A stretch of DNA of 57,197 bases from Alphaproteobacteria bacterium. Lineage in GTDB: Bacteria > Pseudomonadota > Alphaproteobacteria > UBA7887. Made by a program: the position numbers and the translations under genes. The notes under the pieces were generated by a model. That model did not search any database and had not been told where the DNA came from. It was given only the letters and a program-made list of their open reading frames with translations. Below are positions 27,987 through 38,362 of the stretch, in pieces (position 1 is the first letter of the stretch; every line of letters starts with the position of its first letter). Location of the stretch: the NCBI GenBank assembly GCA_047517485.1, contig JAKZSU010000050.1, positions 1 through 57,197 of the forward strand, written 5' to 3'.

Positions 27987-29900
27987 ATGACGACAGACAC
28001 CGAAAACCAATCGACCGCCGCGCCGGCGCCGGAGACCAAACCGTTCCAGGCCGAGGTCAGCCGTCTGCTCGACCTGATGGTCAACGCGTTGTATACCAAC
28101 AAGGAGATCTTTCTCCGCGAATTGATTTCGAACGCGTCGGATGCGTGCGACAAATTGCGCTACGCGTCGATCACCCAACCCGATCTACTCGGCGACGACT
28201 CGACACTCAAGGTGACGATCTCGGTCAACGCCAAGAAGCGCACGATCACCGTCGCCGACAACGGCATCGGCATGAACCATGACGATCTGGTCGACAATCT
28301 CGGCACCATCGCACGCTCTGGGACGACCGCGTTTGTCGAACAGATGACCGGCGACGAGACCAAGGACATGGGCCTGATCGGCCAGTTCGGGGTCGGCTTC
28401 TATTCCTCTTTCATGGTCGCCGACAAGGTCACCGTCACCTCGACTCGCGCCGGCGAGGACACCGCGTGGCGCTGGACTTCCGAGGGCGCCGGCGAATACA
28501 CCATTGAGGCGACTGGTGAAGCGCATCGCGGCACCACGGTGGAACTGCATCTCAGGCGTGGGATGAACGAGTATCTCGAGGCGGCGCGGTTGCGGACGAT
28601 CGTCAAGACCTACTCCGACCATATCGCCCTGCCGATCGCGTTCATCGCCGACGATGGCGAGGCCGAGACCATCAACGAGGCCTCGGCGCTGTGGACCCGG
28701 CCGCGTAAGGATATCACCGACGAGCAATACACCGAGTTCTACCATCACGTCGCGCACGCCTTCGACGAGCCGTGGCTGACCCTGCACAACAAGGCGGAAG
28801 GGCGCATCGAGTACACCAATTTGCTCTACGTGCCCACGTCGGCGCCGTTCGATCTGTTCCATCCCGACCGCAAGCATGGGGTCAAGCTCTACGTCAAACG
28901 GGTGTTCATCACCGACGATTGCGAAGGGCTGGTGCCGCGCTGGCTGCGCTTCGTACGCGGCGTGGTCGACAGCGAGGATCTGCCGCTCAACATCAGCCGC
29001 GAGATGCTGCAACACAATCCGGTGCTGGCGCGGATCAAGACCGCGCTGGTCAAGCGGGTGCTCGGCGAGCTGGAGAAGAAAGCGAAGAAGGCGCCCGACG
29101 AATACGCCGCCTTCTGGGGCAATTTCGGCCAGGTCCTGAAGGAAGGCGTATTCGAGGACAGCGAGTATCGCGACCGCCTGCTCGGCCTGGTGCGCGCGCA
29201 TTCGACCGACGGCGACGGCTTGACCAGCCTCGCGGATTACGTCGCGCGGATGAAAGAGGGGCAGGAAGAGATTTTTTACATCACCGGCGAGGATGTCGCG
29301 CAATTGCGCACCAGCCCGCAAATTGAGGGGTTCGCGGCGCGCGATATCGAGGTTCTGCTGTTCGCCGACCCGGTCGACGAGTTCTGGCTCGGCTCGGTCC
29401 CGGCGTTCGACGACAAGCCGTTCAAGTCGGCGACCCGCGGCGGTATCGATCTATCGAAGATCGCCGGCGAAGCGGATAAGGATGACGACGAGACCAAGCC
29501 CGACGAGGTTCAAGGCGAAGGGGTCGGCGAATTGATCGTCGCGTTCAAGGAGGCGCTCGGCGACGCGGTCAAGGATGTGCAGATCTCCGACCGCTTGACC
29601 GACAGCGCGGTATGCCTAGTCGCCGAGGAAGGCGCGCTCGATATGCACCTCGAGCGGCTGTTGAAACAGCACCAGCAATTGGGCGCGGAGTCGCGGAAGA
29701 TCCTCGAAATCAATCCGAAAAATGCGCTGATCGCGGCGCTGGCCGTGCGCGCCGCCGACAGCCCGTCGGCGCCGGAGATCGCCGAGGCGGCGCGGCTTCT
29801 GCTCGATCAGGCGCGGATTATCGAAGGCGAGCCGGTGCCCGATCCGGCGGCGTTCGCGCGGCGGATGACCGACGCGATGGCGAGCGCGCTGAAAACCTAG
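27987..29900 (+). CDS. htpG: Molecular chaperone HtpG (Hsp90)
   Basis: FQAEV, YTNKEIFLRELISNASDA, DNGIGM, NLGTIARSGT, IGQFGVGFYS and DLPLNISREMLQ motifs. Confidence 0.97.
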   Translation: MTTDTENQSTAAPAPETKPFQAEVSRLLDLMVNALYTNKEIFLRELISNASDACDKLRYASITQPDLLGDDSTLKVTISVNAKKRTITVADNGIGMNHDDLVDNLGTIARSGTTAFVEQMTGDETKDMGLIGQFGVGFYSSFMVADKVTVTSTRAGEDTAWRWTSEGAGEYTIEATGEAHRGTTVELHLRRGMNEYLEAARLRTIVKTYSDHIALPIAFIADDGEAETINEASALWTRPRKDITDEQYTEFYHHVAHAFDEPWLTLHNKAEGRIEYTNLLYVPTSAPFDLFHPDRKHGVKLYVKRVFITDDCEGLVPRWLRFVRGVVDSEDLPLNISREMLQHNPVLARIKTALVKRVLGELEKKAKKAPDEYAAFWGNFGQVLKEGVFEDSEYRDRLLGLVRAHSTDGDGLTSLADYVARMKEGQEEIFYITGEDVAQLRTSPQIEGFAARDIEVLLFADPVDEFWLGSVPAFDDKPFKSATRGGIDLSKIAGEADKDDDETKPDEVQGEGVGELIVAFKEALGDAVKDVQISDRLTDSAVCLVAEEGALDMHLERLLKQHQQLGAESRKILEINPKNALIAALAVRAADSPSAPEIAEAARLLLDQARIIEGEPVPDPAAFARRMTDAMASALKT

Positions 29901-29909
29901 AGCGATTCG

Positions 29910-30647
29910 TTAGCCGCCGATGGCGGCGGTGGCGAACTTGGCGACCGCGATGATCGGCCCGTGATTGGCGGCCTGGACGATCACCGCGCAGCCGTCTTGG
30001 CCATGCGCCGCGATCATCGTGGCGCTATCGAGCAAGATCTGCGTCGATTCGCCATCCCATGTGCCAACCCGGTGAAGCTGGCGCACCACATTGAAATTGG
30101 TCATCGTGCGACCGCTGTTTTCGCCGCGCGCGACTTCGGTGTCGTGGCGGCTGTCGAACTGCGCCAGCCAGACATCGGCCAGCCCGTCATAAGCGGCGGC
30201 GCCGAGGCTGATGCGGAATCGTTCGCCGGACCGCGAGATCGCGATCGCCGGGCCTTGGCCGGTCGAGCGCGCCAATTCGGCGATCGCGCGCCGGACCTCG
30301 ACTTCGTCCGAGCCCACCACATGGGTCGCGCCGCCGATCACCATTTGCGGGGTGTAGACGTTGCGCTGACCCAGCGCCTCGGCATAGTGATACTGGCGCT
30401 TGGTGGTCTGTTCCGTCGCGAACGGATCTTCCCAACCGATGTAATCCCAATAGTTGACGTGAAACGACAGCACGATGACGTCGTCCTGTTCGCTCAACCG
30501 CCCGGCCAGCGCATCCGCCGGCGGGCACGACGAGCAGCCTTGCGAGGTGAACAGCTCGACCAGCACCGGCGCCGAGTCGCCGGCGGGCGCGGCGGTGGCC
30601 CAAATCGTCATCAGTATCGCGAATACCAGACCCAACGGCCGCTTCAT
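29910..30647 (-). CDS. DUF1223 thioredoxin-like exported protein; start ATG 30647
   Basis: VLVELFTSQGCSSCPPAD, FHVNYWDYIGWEDPF and YTPQMVIGG motifs. Confidence 0.88.
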   Translation of the reverse strand: MKRPLGLVFAILMTIWATAAPAGDSAPVLVELFTSQGCSSCPPADALAGRLSEQDDVIVLSFHVNYWDYIGWEDPFATEQTTKRQYHYAEALGQRNVYTPQMVIGGATHVVGSDEVEVRRAIAELARSTGQGPAIAISRSGERFRISLGAAAYDGLADVWLAQFDSRHDTEVARGENSGRTMTNFNVVRQLHRVGTWDGESTQILLDSATMIAAHGQDGCAVIVQAANHGPIIAVAKFATAAIGG

Positions 30648-30752
30648 GCAGAATAGCCCCTTATTTATCTTGAGCCAAAGTAAGCACGGCCGTGGCGAGC
30701 GGCCAATCACTTCTGATTGAAGGCCCGTGATCCGTTACGCGAATCCTATGAT

Positions 30753-33443
30753 CTATGCCGCCGCGAGCTGCCGCAACACATAATTCAAAATGCCGCCATG
30801 GCGGTAGTAATCGATCTCGTTTTCGGTATCGATTCGGCTCAATAGCGTGATGTCCACGACCCGACCATCGGCGCGGGTGATCTCGCAAGCGACATCCATC
30901 CGCGGCCGCAAATCGCTCGCCAGCCCGGTGATGGTGACGGTCTCGCTACCGTCGAGTCCCAGGGTCTTGCGCGTCGCGCCGCCGGTAAATTGCAGCGGCA
31001 TGACCCCCATGCCGACCAGGTTCGAGCGGTGAATTCGCTCGAAGCTCTCGACGATCACCGCGCGGACGCCGAGCAGCTTGGTCCCCTTGGCGGCCCAATC
31101 GCGCGACGATCCGGTGCCGTATTCCTTGCCGCCGAAGACCACCAACGGCGTTGCCGCCTCGGCGTAGTGCATCGCCGCCTCGAAAATCGACATCACCTCG
31201 CCGCCGGGCATCAGCTTGGTCCAGCCGCCCTCGGTCCCCGGCGCCATTTCGTTGCGCAGACGGATATTGGCGAAAGTGCCGCGCATCATCACTTCGTGGT
31301 TGCCGCGCCGCGAACCATAGGAATTGAAATCCTTGCGGCCGACCTGGAGCGAGCGCAGATAGCTGCCCGCCGGGCTGTCGGGCGCGATGCCGCCGGCGGG
31401 CGAAATATGATCGGTGGTGACCGAGTCGCCGAGTACCGCGAGAACGCGGGCGTCGACGATGTCGGTCACCGGATCGGGCTCGGCGGTGATGCCTTCGAAA
31501 TACGGCGGATTGCGGACATAGGTCGACATCGGCCAGTTATAGATCATGCCGGCGGGGGTCTCGATCGCCTGCCATTCCGCGTCGCCGGTAAAGGCATCGG
31601 CATATTCGGTGTCGAACATCTCCGACGTCACCGCGTTGCGCACCGTGTCCGCCACCTCGACGCTGCTCGGCCAAATGTCCTTGAGATACACCGGCGCCCC
31701 ATCGGCGCCGTCGCCGAGCGGGTCGGTGAGCGGATCGACCCGCATCGAGCCGGCGAGCGCGTAGGCGACCACCAGCGGCGGCGAGGCGAGATAATTCGCC
31801 CGCACCTTTTGATGCACCCGGCCCTCGAAATTGCGGTTTCCCGAGAGCACCGCGGAGACCACCAGGTCGCCGTCGTCGATGGCCTGGCCGATCGGCTCCG
31901 GCAGCGGGCCGGAATTGCCGATGCAGGTGGTGCAGCCATAGCCCACCAGATTGAACCCGAGCGCGTCGAGATCGTCGTCGAGCCCGGCCTTGGCGAGATA
32001 GTCGGTGACCACTTTCGAGCCCGGCGCGAGCGAGGTCTTGACCCACGGCTTGACCGTCAGACCCTTGGCGCGGGCGTTGCGCGCGAGCAGACCGGCGCCG
32101 ATCATCACCGACGGGTTCGAGGTATTGGTGCAACTGGTGATCGCGGCGATGGTCACCGCTCCGTCGGTTAGTTCGTAATCCGCGCCTTCGACGGCGGCGC
32201 TGTTGACCGCACCGGCTTCGCGTCCGAATTCCTCGGTGAGCGCGGTCTCGAAGCCCGCCTTCGCGGCGCTCAAGGCGATCCGGTCCTGCGGACGCTTGGG
32301 CCCGGCGATACTCGATTCGACCGCGCCCATGTCGAGCGTCATCGTGTCGGTGAATTCGGGATCGGGCGCGCTTTCATCGCGCCACATGCCTTGCGCCTTG
32401 GCGTAGGCCTCGACCAGGGCGCAGCGGTCCGCGGCGCGCCCGGTGAACGAAAGATACTCGATGGTCGCGCCGTCGATCGGGAAGAAGCCGCAGGTCGCGC
32501 CATATTCCGGCGCCATGTTGGCGATCGTCGCGCGATCGGCGAGCGCCAGCTGATCGAGCCCTGGGCCATAAAATTCAACGAACTTGCCGACCACGCCCTT
32601 GGCGCGCAGCATGTTGGTGACGGTGAGCACCAGATCGGTCGCCGTGGTGCCTTCGCGCAGGGCGCCGGTGAGTTTGAAGCCGACCACTTCCGGCACCAGC
32701 ATCGAGATCGGTTGGCCGAGCATCGCCGCTTCCGCCTCGATGCCGCCGACGCCCCAGCCCAAGACCGCCAAGCCGTTGACCATGGTGGTGTGGCTATCGG
32801 TGCCGACCAGCGTATCGGGATAGGCGACGTCGCGGCCGTCCGCGCCTTCCGAGACCCACACGGTCTGCGCCAAATGCTCGAGATTGACCTGATGACAAAT
32901 GCCGGTGCCCGGCGGCACCACGCGGAAATTGTCGAACGCCCCCTGCCCCCAGCGGAGAAACGCATAGCGCTCGCGGTTGCGCTCCATCTCGATGCGCACA
33001 TTGTCGGCCAGGGCCGCGCCGCTGCCGAAGCTGTCGACCTGGACCGAATGATCGATCACCAGATCGGCGGGCACCAGCGGATTGATCCGCTTGGGATCGC
33101 CGCCCAACGCCGCCATGGCATCGCGCATCGCCGCCAGATCGACGACCGCGGGCACACCGGTGAAATCCTGCATCAGCACCCGCGCCGGGCGATAGGCGAT
33201 CTCGCGCTCGATGCGGCGTTCCGCCAGCCACCCGGCAAGCGCCTTGACGTCGTCGACGCTAACCGAGGTGCCGTCCTCGAAGCGCAACAGGTTCTCGAGC
33301 AGAACCTTGAGCGAATACGGCAGTCGGGCAACATCGCCGATCCCGGCCTCGACCGCGGCGGGAAGGCTGAAATAATCATAGTCGCGTCCGCCAACACTTA
33401 GCGTGCGACGAACATTCAAGCTGTCATGGCCAACACGGGACAC
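30753..33443 (-). CDS. acnA: Aconitate hydratase AcnA; start GTG 33443
   Basis: [46 protein letters not shown] and TTDHISPAG motifs; AGGAG RBS before the GTG. Confidence 0.97.
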   Translation of the reverse strand: MSRVGHDSLNVRRTLSVGGRDYDYFSLPAAVEAGIGDVARLPYSLKVLLENLLRFEDGTSVSVDDVKALAGWLAERRIEREIAYRPARVLMQDFTGVPAVVDLAAMRDAMAALGGDPKRINPLVPADLVIDHSVQVDSFGSGAALADNVRIEMERNRERYAFLRWGQGAFDNFRVVPPGTGICHQVNLEHLAQTVWVSEGADGRDVAYPDTLVGTDSHTTMVNGLAVLGWGVGGIEAEAAMLGQPISMLVPEVVGFKLTGALREGTTATDLVLTVTNMLRAKGVVGKFVEFYGPGLDQLALADRATIANMAPEYGATCGFFPIDGATIEYLSFTGRAADRCALVEAYAKAQGMWRDESAPDPEFTDTMTLDMGAVESSIAGPKRPQDRIALSAAKAGFETALTEEFGREAGAVNSAAVEGADYELTDGAVTIAAITSCTNTSNPSVMIGAGLLARNARAKGLTVKPWVKTSLAPGSKVVTDYLAKAGLDDDLDALGFNLVGYGCTTCIGNSGPLPEPIGQAIDDGDLVVSAVLSGNRNFEGRVHQKVRANYLASPPLVVAYALAGSMRVDPLTDPLGDGADGAPVYLKDIWPSSVEVADTVRNAVTSEMFDTEYADAFTGDAEWQAIETPAGMIYNWPMSTYVRNPPYFEGITAEPDPVTDIVDARVLAVLGDSVTTDHISPAGGIAPDSPAGSYLRSLQVGRKDFNSYGSRRGNHEVMMRGTFANIRLRNEMAPGTEGGWTKLMPGGEVMSIFEAAMHYAEAATPLVVFGGKEYGTGSSRDWAAKGTKLLGVRAVIVESFERIHRSNLVGMGVMPLQFTGGATRKTLGLDGSETVTITGLASDLRPRMDVACEITRADGRVVDITLLSRIDTENEIDYYRHGGILNYVLRQLAAA

Positions 33444-33566
33444 GGGCAATCTCCTAGCATACGGTACACATGCGGAAGCCCCCTCCCGCACCCTAGTGGA
33501 AGTAGCACCGCACCCGGCTCAAGTCGAGGGGTGGGGGGCGTTTATCGGAGCGGCGGAACCGCCTCC

Positions 33567-34106
33567 CTAATACTTCCCCAGCGTGATCTTCGTTGTCTGG
33601 AGCACGGTATAGCGGCCGTCGGTCGCCACCTGCACCATTTGCACCGTCGCGGTGTACTTGTTGCCGATGCCGCCGGAGCATGGCGGGAGATACGCGGTGC
33701 CCGGGCTGTAGGCGGCGGACTTTGCCTTATGCGCCTTGACCATGATGACGTCGTCGGGAAGCTCGGTGGTCTCGCCGGCGATCGAGGGAATCCAGATCGG
33801 CCGTTCGGGGGTGATCATGAACAGGATGATTCCGTGGCCGCCCTTATCCATCGGGATATAGGATTCGTCGTTGAAGGCGACGACGATGCCGTTGGCCATA
33901 TCGGGGACGTCGTCGATGATCAGCGCGGGAGTCGCGCCGGAGCCGTCGAATTTCGAGCACCATTGCCCTTCGGGGATTGTGTCGCCGGTCCAGGCCTCGT
34001 CGGCGAAGCGCACTTTCATCTTGGCCTCGGCCGCGGGGGCGCCGGTGACGAGAAGCGCAAGCGCCGCGACAGCAACGGCGAAAAGTGAAAGTCTTGAACC
34101 GGTCAT
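33567..34106 (-). CDS. Exported hypothetical protein (possibly PEBP/YbhB-like fold)
   Basis: Signal peptide; TPALIIDDVP...IVVAFND...GGHG and YLPPCSGG loosely resemble YbhB/YbcL. Confidence 0.55.
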   Translation of the reverse strand: MTGSRLSLFAVAVAALALLVTGAPAAEAKMKVRFADEAWTGDTIPEGQWCSKFDGSGATPALIIDDVPDMANGIVVAFNDESYIPMDKGGHGIILFMITPERPIWIPSIAGETTELPDDVIMVKAHKAKSAAYSPGTAYLPPCSGGIGNKYTATVQMVQVATDGRYTVLQTTKITLGKY

Positions 34107-34124
34107 GGTACGTGTCCCTTGAAA

Positions 34125-34952
34125 TTAGTCGTTGGCGGGCCGGGGCCCAAATACGGCACCAATGAAACCGATCATCGCCTCGGATACAAGGTCGGTGGCT
34201 TCGGCATGGGGCGCGTGACCGCAGTCGGGCAGGAGCATGGTTTCGACCGGCCCGCTGACCGCGGCGCGGATCATGTCGAGCTGCGCCGGCGTGCCATAGG
34301 CATCATCCTCGCCTTGGAAGGCGAGCACTGGGCAGGTGATCGCGCGGAGATAGCCCTCGATATGAAACGCCTCGAAGTCCGGGTTCAGCCAGGCGTTGGC
34401 CCAGCCGTAGAAGGCGCTGTCGACGGTGTCTTTATGATACCGCGCGAGCTTGTCGCGCAAGTCGCCGACGCGATAGGCGGCGACCGCGTCCTCAATACTG
34501 GTAATCGATTCGGGTTCGACGAAAACATGCGCAGCCTCGGTGACCACCCCGCGAATCCGCGTATCCAAGGTCGCCGCCGCGAGCAGCGCGATCGATCCGC
34601 CATCGGAATGACCGACGAGGATGGCATCGCGCACCCCGGTTTGATCGAGCACCGCCGGCAGCACGTCGCGCGCCTCGACATGCATGAAATCCGGATCGCG
34701 CTCGTAGGGCGGCGCCAGCGGCTCGGACCCGCCATAGCCGTAGCGGTCATAGACCAGCGCCCCGCAGCGGCACGCCGCGGCCAGGGATTGCGGAAAATCC
34801 TTCCATTGTCCGACGCTGCCCAACCCTTCATGCAGGAAGACCAGGGTCGGCGCGTCCTCGGCCGGCGGGCCGAGCCACACCGAGTATAGCCGGCGGCCAC
34901 CGGCCACCAGCTCGAGCGATCGTGGCTCGACCGCGCCACTCTTATTCGCCAT
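34125..34952 (-). CDS. Alpha/beta fold hydrolase
   Basis: FLHEGLGS, YDRYGYGGS, nucleophile GHSDGGSI, QGEDDAYG and CGHAPH motifs. Confidence 0.9.
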   Translation of the reverse strand: MANKSGAVEPRSLELVAGGRRLYSVWLGPPAEDAPTLVFLHEGLGSVGQWKDFPQSLAAACRCGALVYDRYGYGGSEPLAPPYERDPDFMHVEARDVLPAVLDQTGVRDAILVGHSDGGSIALLAAATLDTRIRGVVTEAAHVFVEPESITSIEDAVAAYRVGDLRDKLARYHKDTVDSAFYGWANAWLNPDFEAFHIEGYLRAITCPVLAFQGEDDAYGTPAQLDMIRAAVSGPVETMLLPDCGHAPHAEATDLVSEAMIGFIGAVFGPRPAND

Positions 34953-35016
34953 CCACCGTCTCCCTCCAGACGGGGCGTAGTTTAGAGCGGATCATGTCTA
35001 GAGTCTGTTTCGGCTA

Positions 35017-35858
35017 TTACCAGCGCAGCGTGGTCCACATATTTTTGCGGACCAGCTTCACGTAGCCACTCATGTCATGATCATTGATCGCGTCCGGCCC
35101 CGGTTTGCCGAGGTCGTCGAGGCGGCCCCGGGCGCGGTCGAGCACGCGCATCCACACCGACATATCGCTGGTCGCCCGGCCGGCGCTGGTGAAATACACC
35201 AACTGCCCGGCATGGCTGTAGCCGAGCGAGCGCGGCGGCAGCCGGGGTACCAGGTCACTATTGTTCACTAGTCGATACATCCGCGCCATCGAATCGCGGT
35301 TGATCGCGGCGGCGAAATCGCCATTGCCGGTGCGCGGTTGGCCGAAAGTGGTGAGCCCGTGGACCGGTTTGTCCTCTTCGAAGCGCAGCCGCGCGTACGC
35401 CAGGGTGGCGAGCCCAGCGCCCAAACTGTGCCCAGTGAGCCACAGGGATTGCGGATTGGTCTTGTCGTCCTGAAAACTTCGGATCATTGGCCGCAAAGCC
35501 GGCCAGATGCCACCCAGCGCGGTGCGGAAACCGCGATGGACCTTGCCGACCCGCCCTTGACGAGGCGAAACCGGACATCGGTACGCCAATCCTTGAGCAC
35601 CGTGGGCTCGGTGCCGCGAAACGCGACGATCACTTTCTCGGCGTCGCCGACAATGAATGCCTCGGTCCCGCCTTTGGCGAAAAAGTGAAATCGGCCAAAC
35701 CCCCAGCGCGCTGTCTGGCGCTGAATCTTGGCCTTGTTCTCGTACGCAAGATTGGCCATCACCGCCATGCACAAGGCATTCGGACCGTGATAGGTGTCCG
35801 CTTGCGCGTCGAACGGATGGTTTGTCGGGCGGTAGCGCAAATCCCTTCGTGCCGTCAT
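35017..35858 (-). pseudogene. Class 3 lipase, frameshifted near 35550-35552
   Basis: The N-part (IVAFRGTE...DWRTD) and C-part (VHRGF, LTGHSLGAG, TFGQPRTG, VNNSDLVP, DH) lie in different frames, joined at a 3-G run that needs one extra base. Confidence 0.8.
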
Positions 35859-36082
35859 GACGCCGCCCCGTCCGAGATTCCCGGCCACGCATCGATGCCG
35901 CGTTCGGCACCGGTAAGGGAGCCAACAACCCCACCATCGGCATCCACGCCGAAGCGGGGGATTTGGAATTTGAGCACCGCGAACTGCATGCGCGGACCGA
36001 AGATCTCCAACTCGTCACGCGGCTCGATAAAGCGGTTGACCTCGAACAATCTGTTGAGCACGGCGTCGCTGAGTGTGAACAT
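35855..36082 (-). CDS. Small protein resembling a degenerate peptidoglycan-binding (PG_binding_1) domain
   Basis: EIFGPRMQFAVLKFQ...GVDADGGVVG resembles DGxFGxxTxxAVxxFQ...GLxxDGxVG; AGGAGG RBS; ATGA overlap with the lipase start. Confidence 0.5.
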   Translation of the reverse strand: MFTLSDAVLNRLFEVNRFIEPRDELEIFGPRMQFAVLKFQIPRFGVDADGGVVGSLTGAERGIDAWPGISDGAAS

Positions 36083-36255
36083 CGAGGTGAGCCTCCTTTC
36101 GATCACGCGACATGCGCGATCTATCGATTGGATAGAAAAACTTACTTTTACGACAATCTATAATTGTGGTTGACGGAGCCTGAATGTCGCCCGCTATACA
36201 AAGGCCGCCGCAAAGCTTGTACAAAGGGGGAGTTATCGCCGATCCGGAGATCACC

Positions 36256-37113
36256 ATGCCGCTGCGGACTCTCGCGCTATCGATCGAAGATCACGTCGCG
36301 CAGGTGCGGCTCGACCGCCCGCGCGAGCTCAACACCATGACCTTCGCGTTCTGGCACGACATGGTCACCGCGTTCGCGACCATCGACGACGATCCGCGGG
36401 TGCGCGCGGTGGTGCTGTCGTCGACCGGGCGACACTTCACCGCGGGTCTCGATCTATCGGTATTCGACTCGCTAGCCGCCGATCACGACACCGCCGACGC
36501 CGATGCGGGGCGTGTCGGCGAACGCTTGCGGCGCACCGTGCTCGACATGCAGGAAAGCTTTTCGGTGATCGACCGCTGCCGGGTGCCGGTGATCGCGGCG
36601 ATCCAGGGCGGCTGTATCGGCGGCGGGATCGATCTGGTATCGGCGTGCGATATCCGGGTGTGTACGGCGGACGCGTTTTTCTGCATCCAGGAGGTCAATG
36701 TCGGCATCGTCGCCGACGTCGGCACCTTGCAACGCTTGCCGTACTTGATCCCGGCGGGTCTGGTTCGCGAACTCGCCTATACCGGACGCCGCCTGGCGGC
36801 CGAGGAGGCACGCAGCGCGGGGCTGGTCAACGCTGTGTTCGAGTCGCACGACGCGATGGTGGCCGGCGCGCTGGCGATGGCCCAAACCATCGCGGAAAAA
36901 TCGCCGCTCGCTGTCACCGGCACCAAGGAAATGCTTAACTATGCCCGCGACCACACCATCGCCGACGGATTGAACCATGTCGCGACGTGGCAGGCCGGCA
37001 TGTTGCGGACCGACGACGTGGCCCGCCAGATCGCCGCCAACAAGGCCAAGTCCGCCGCGCAATTCGAGGATCTACTGGCGCCTAAACGGCCGGCGACACG
37101 GCCAGGCCAATAA
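36256..37113 (+). CDS. Enoyl-CoA hydratase/isomerase (crotonase, ECH1-like); start ATG 36256
   Basis: FTAGLDL, PVIAAIQGGCIGGGIDL and ADVGTLQRLP motifs; TTGACG-N17-GCTATAC promoter-like sequence at 36170-36199. Confidence 0.9.
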   Translation: MPLRTLALSIEDHVAQVRLDRPRELNTMTFAFWHDMVTAFATIDDDPRVRAVVLSSTGRHFTAGLDLSVFDSLAADHDTADADAGRVGERLRRTVLDMQESFSVIDRCRVPVIAAIQGGCIGGGIDLVSACDIRVCTADAFFCIQEVNVGIVADVGTLQRLPYLIPAGLVRELAYTGRRLAAEEARSAGLVNAVFESHDAMVAGALAMAQTIAEKSPLAVTGTKEMLNYARDHTIADGLNHVATWQAGMLRTDDVARQIAANKAKSAAQFEDLLAPKRPATRPGQ

Positions 37114-37132
37114 TTTTACCGGGAGAACGCGC

Positions 37133-38314
37133 ATGTCCGAGAATTGCTGGACCCGAATAGCGGGCGGATTGATGGTGGCGGTGGGAATGGCGATAGTCGC
37201 CGCGCCGACGGCGGCGGAAATGATGCTCGCCGGTATCGACAACAAGGTTTCTTTCGCCGGGGCCAGCACCGTGTTCGGACCGCCGGGCAAGGACTTTGTT
37301 TCGGTGATCGACATCGCCAATCCCTCGTCGCCGCGCATCATCGCCAATCTCCAACTCGATAATTCGCTGTTCGGGCCACCGACCAATTTGGCGATCACGC
37401 CCGACGGAAGCCTCGCGCTGATCAACAACGCGATGGCATGGAACGCCGAGGGTGACGGTTGGAAACCGGGGCCCGACAATCGTCTGTTTGTGGTCGATCT
37501 GACCGTCGATCCGCCGCAACTGATCGACACCGTCGAGGTTGGCGGGCAACCGTCGGGGATGGCGATCAATCGCGCCGGCGACCTGGCGCTGATCGCCCAT
37601 CGCGCCGACAATTCGATCGGCGTGCTCGAGATTTCCGGTAAATCGGTGCGTCTGGTGCAGACCCTGGATATGGGCGAGCAAGTCACCACGGTGGCGATCA
37701 CCCCCGACGGTCGCCGCGCGCTGGTGGCGAAATTCCCCGCCCACAAGATCGCCGTGCTCGATATCGAAAACGGGCGGATCAGCACGAACGCCGAACTCGA
37801 CATGCCGGTCGGCCGCTGGCCGTACAATGTCAAGATCACCCCCGACGGCACCTTGGCGCTGACCGCCGACAACGGCAATGCCGGGCGCTCCGACGGCCAT
37901 ATCGACACGGTAAGCGTTATCGACTTGACCGTCGAGCCGCCACGCGTCATCGACCGCATCGCCATCGGCGACGCGCCGGAAGGCCTGGCGATCAGTCCAA
38001 CCGGCGAGATCGCCGTCGCGATCCTGCTCAAGGGCAGTGCCGGTGTGCCCACCGACTCGTGGTTCTACAATCGTAACGGCAGTGTGGTGGTGCTCGCCAT
38101 CGACGGCAAATCGGTGACCCGGGTCGGCGAAGTCGAGGTTCGCGGTCTCCCCGAGGGCGTGGTGTTCAGCGCCGACGGCAGTCATCTCTACGTCGGCAAT
38201 TTCGTCGATGCGGACGTGTCGATCCTCGAAGTCGATGGCACCACGGTAACCAATACCGGACGCACCTTGTCGCTGCCCGGCACCCCGGGATCGATGGGCA
38301 GCAGCCAGCCCTGA
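37133..38314 (+). CDS. Exported YncE/lactonase-like beta-propeller; start ATG 37133
   Basis: Signal peptide; repeated (A/V)ITPDG and VGxxPxG blades; xVSVID repeats. Confidence 0.8.
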   Translation: MSENCWTRIAGGLMVAVGMAIVAAPTAAEMMLAGIDNKVSFAGASTVFGPPGKDFVSVIDIANPSSPRIIANLQLDNSLFGPPTNLAITPDGSLALINNAMAWNAEGDGWKPGPDNRLFVVDLTVDPPQLIDTVEVGGQPSGMAINRAGDLALIAHRADNSIGVLEISGKSVRLVQTLDMGEQVTTVAITPDGRRALVAKFPAHKIAVLDIENGRISTNAELDMPVGRWPYNVKITPDGTLALTADNGNAGRSDGHIDTVSVIDLTVEPPRVIDRIAIGDAPEGLAISPTGEIAVAILLKGSAGVPTDSWFYNRNGSVVVLAIDGKSVTRVGEVEVRGLPEGVVFSADGSHLYVGNFVDADVSILEVDGTTVTNTGRTLSLPGTPGSMGSSQP

Positions 38315-38362
38315 GCCTTGCGGCCTGTTCGAAAACCATGGTGGTCGTCTAACTTTTAACGG

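Noticed and set aside
33567-34106. DGSGAT as an FMN-attachment motif for the orphan ApbE
   Set aside because: Spacing does not fit D-x-x-[ST]-G-A-[ST], and there is no FMN-binding-domain context.
34982-35003. TTAGAGCGGATCATGTCTAGAG as a third MITE copy
   Set aside because: Only the first few bases resemble the arm; there is no partner arm or core. At most a remnant.
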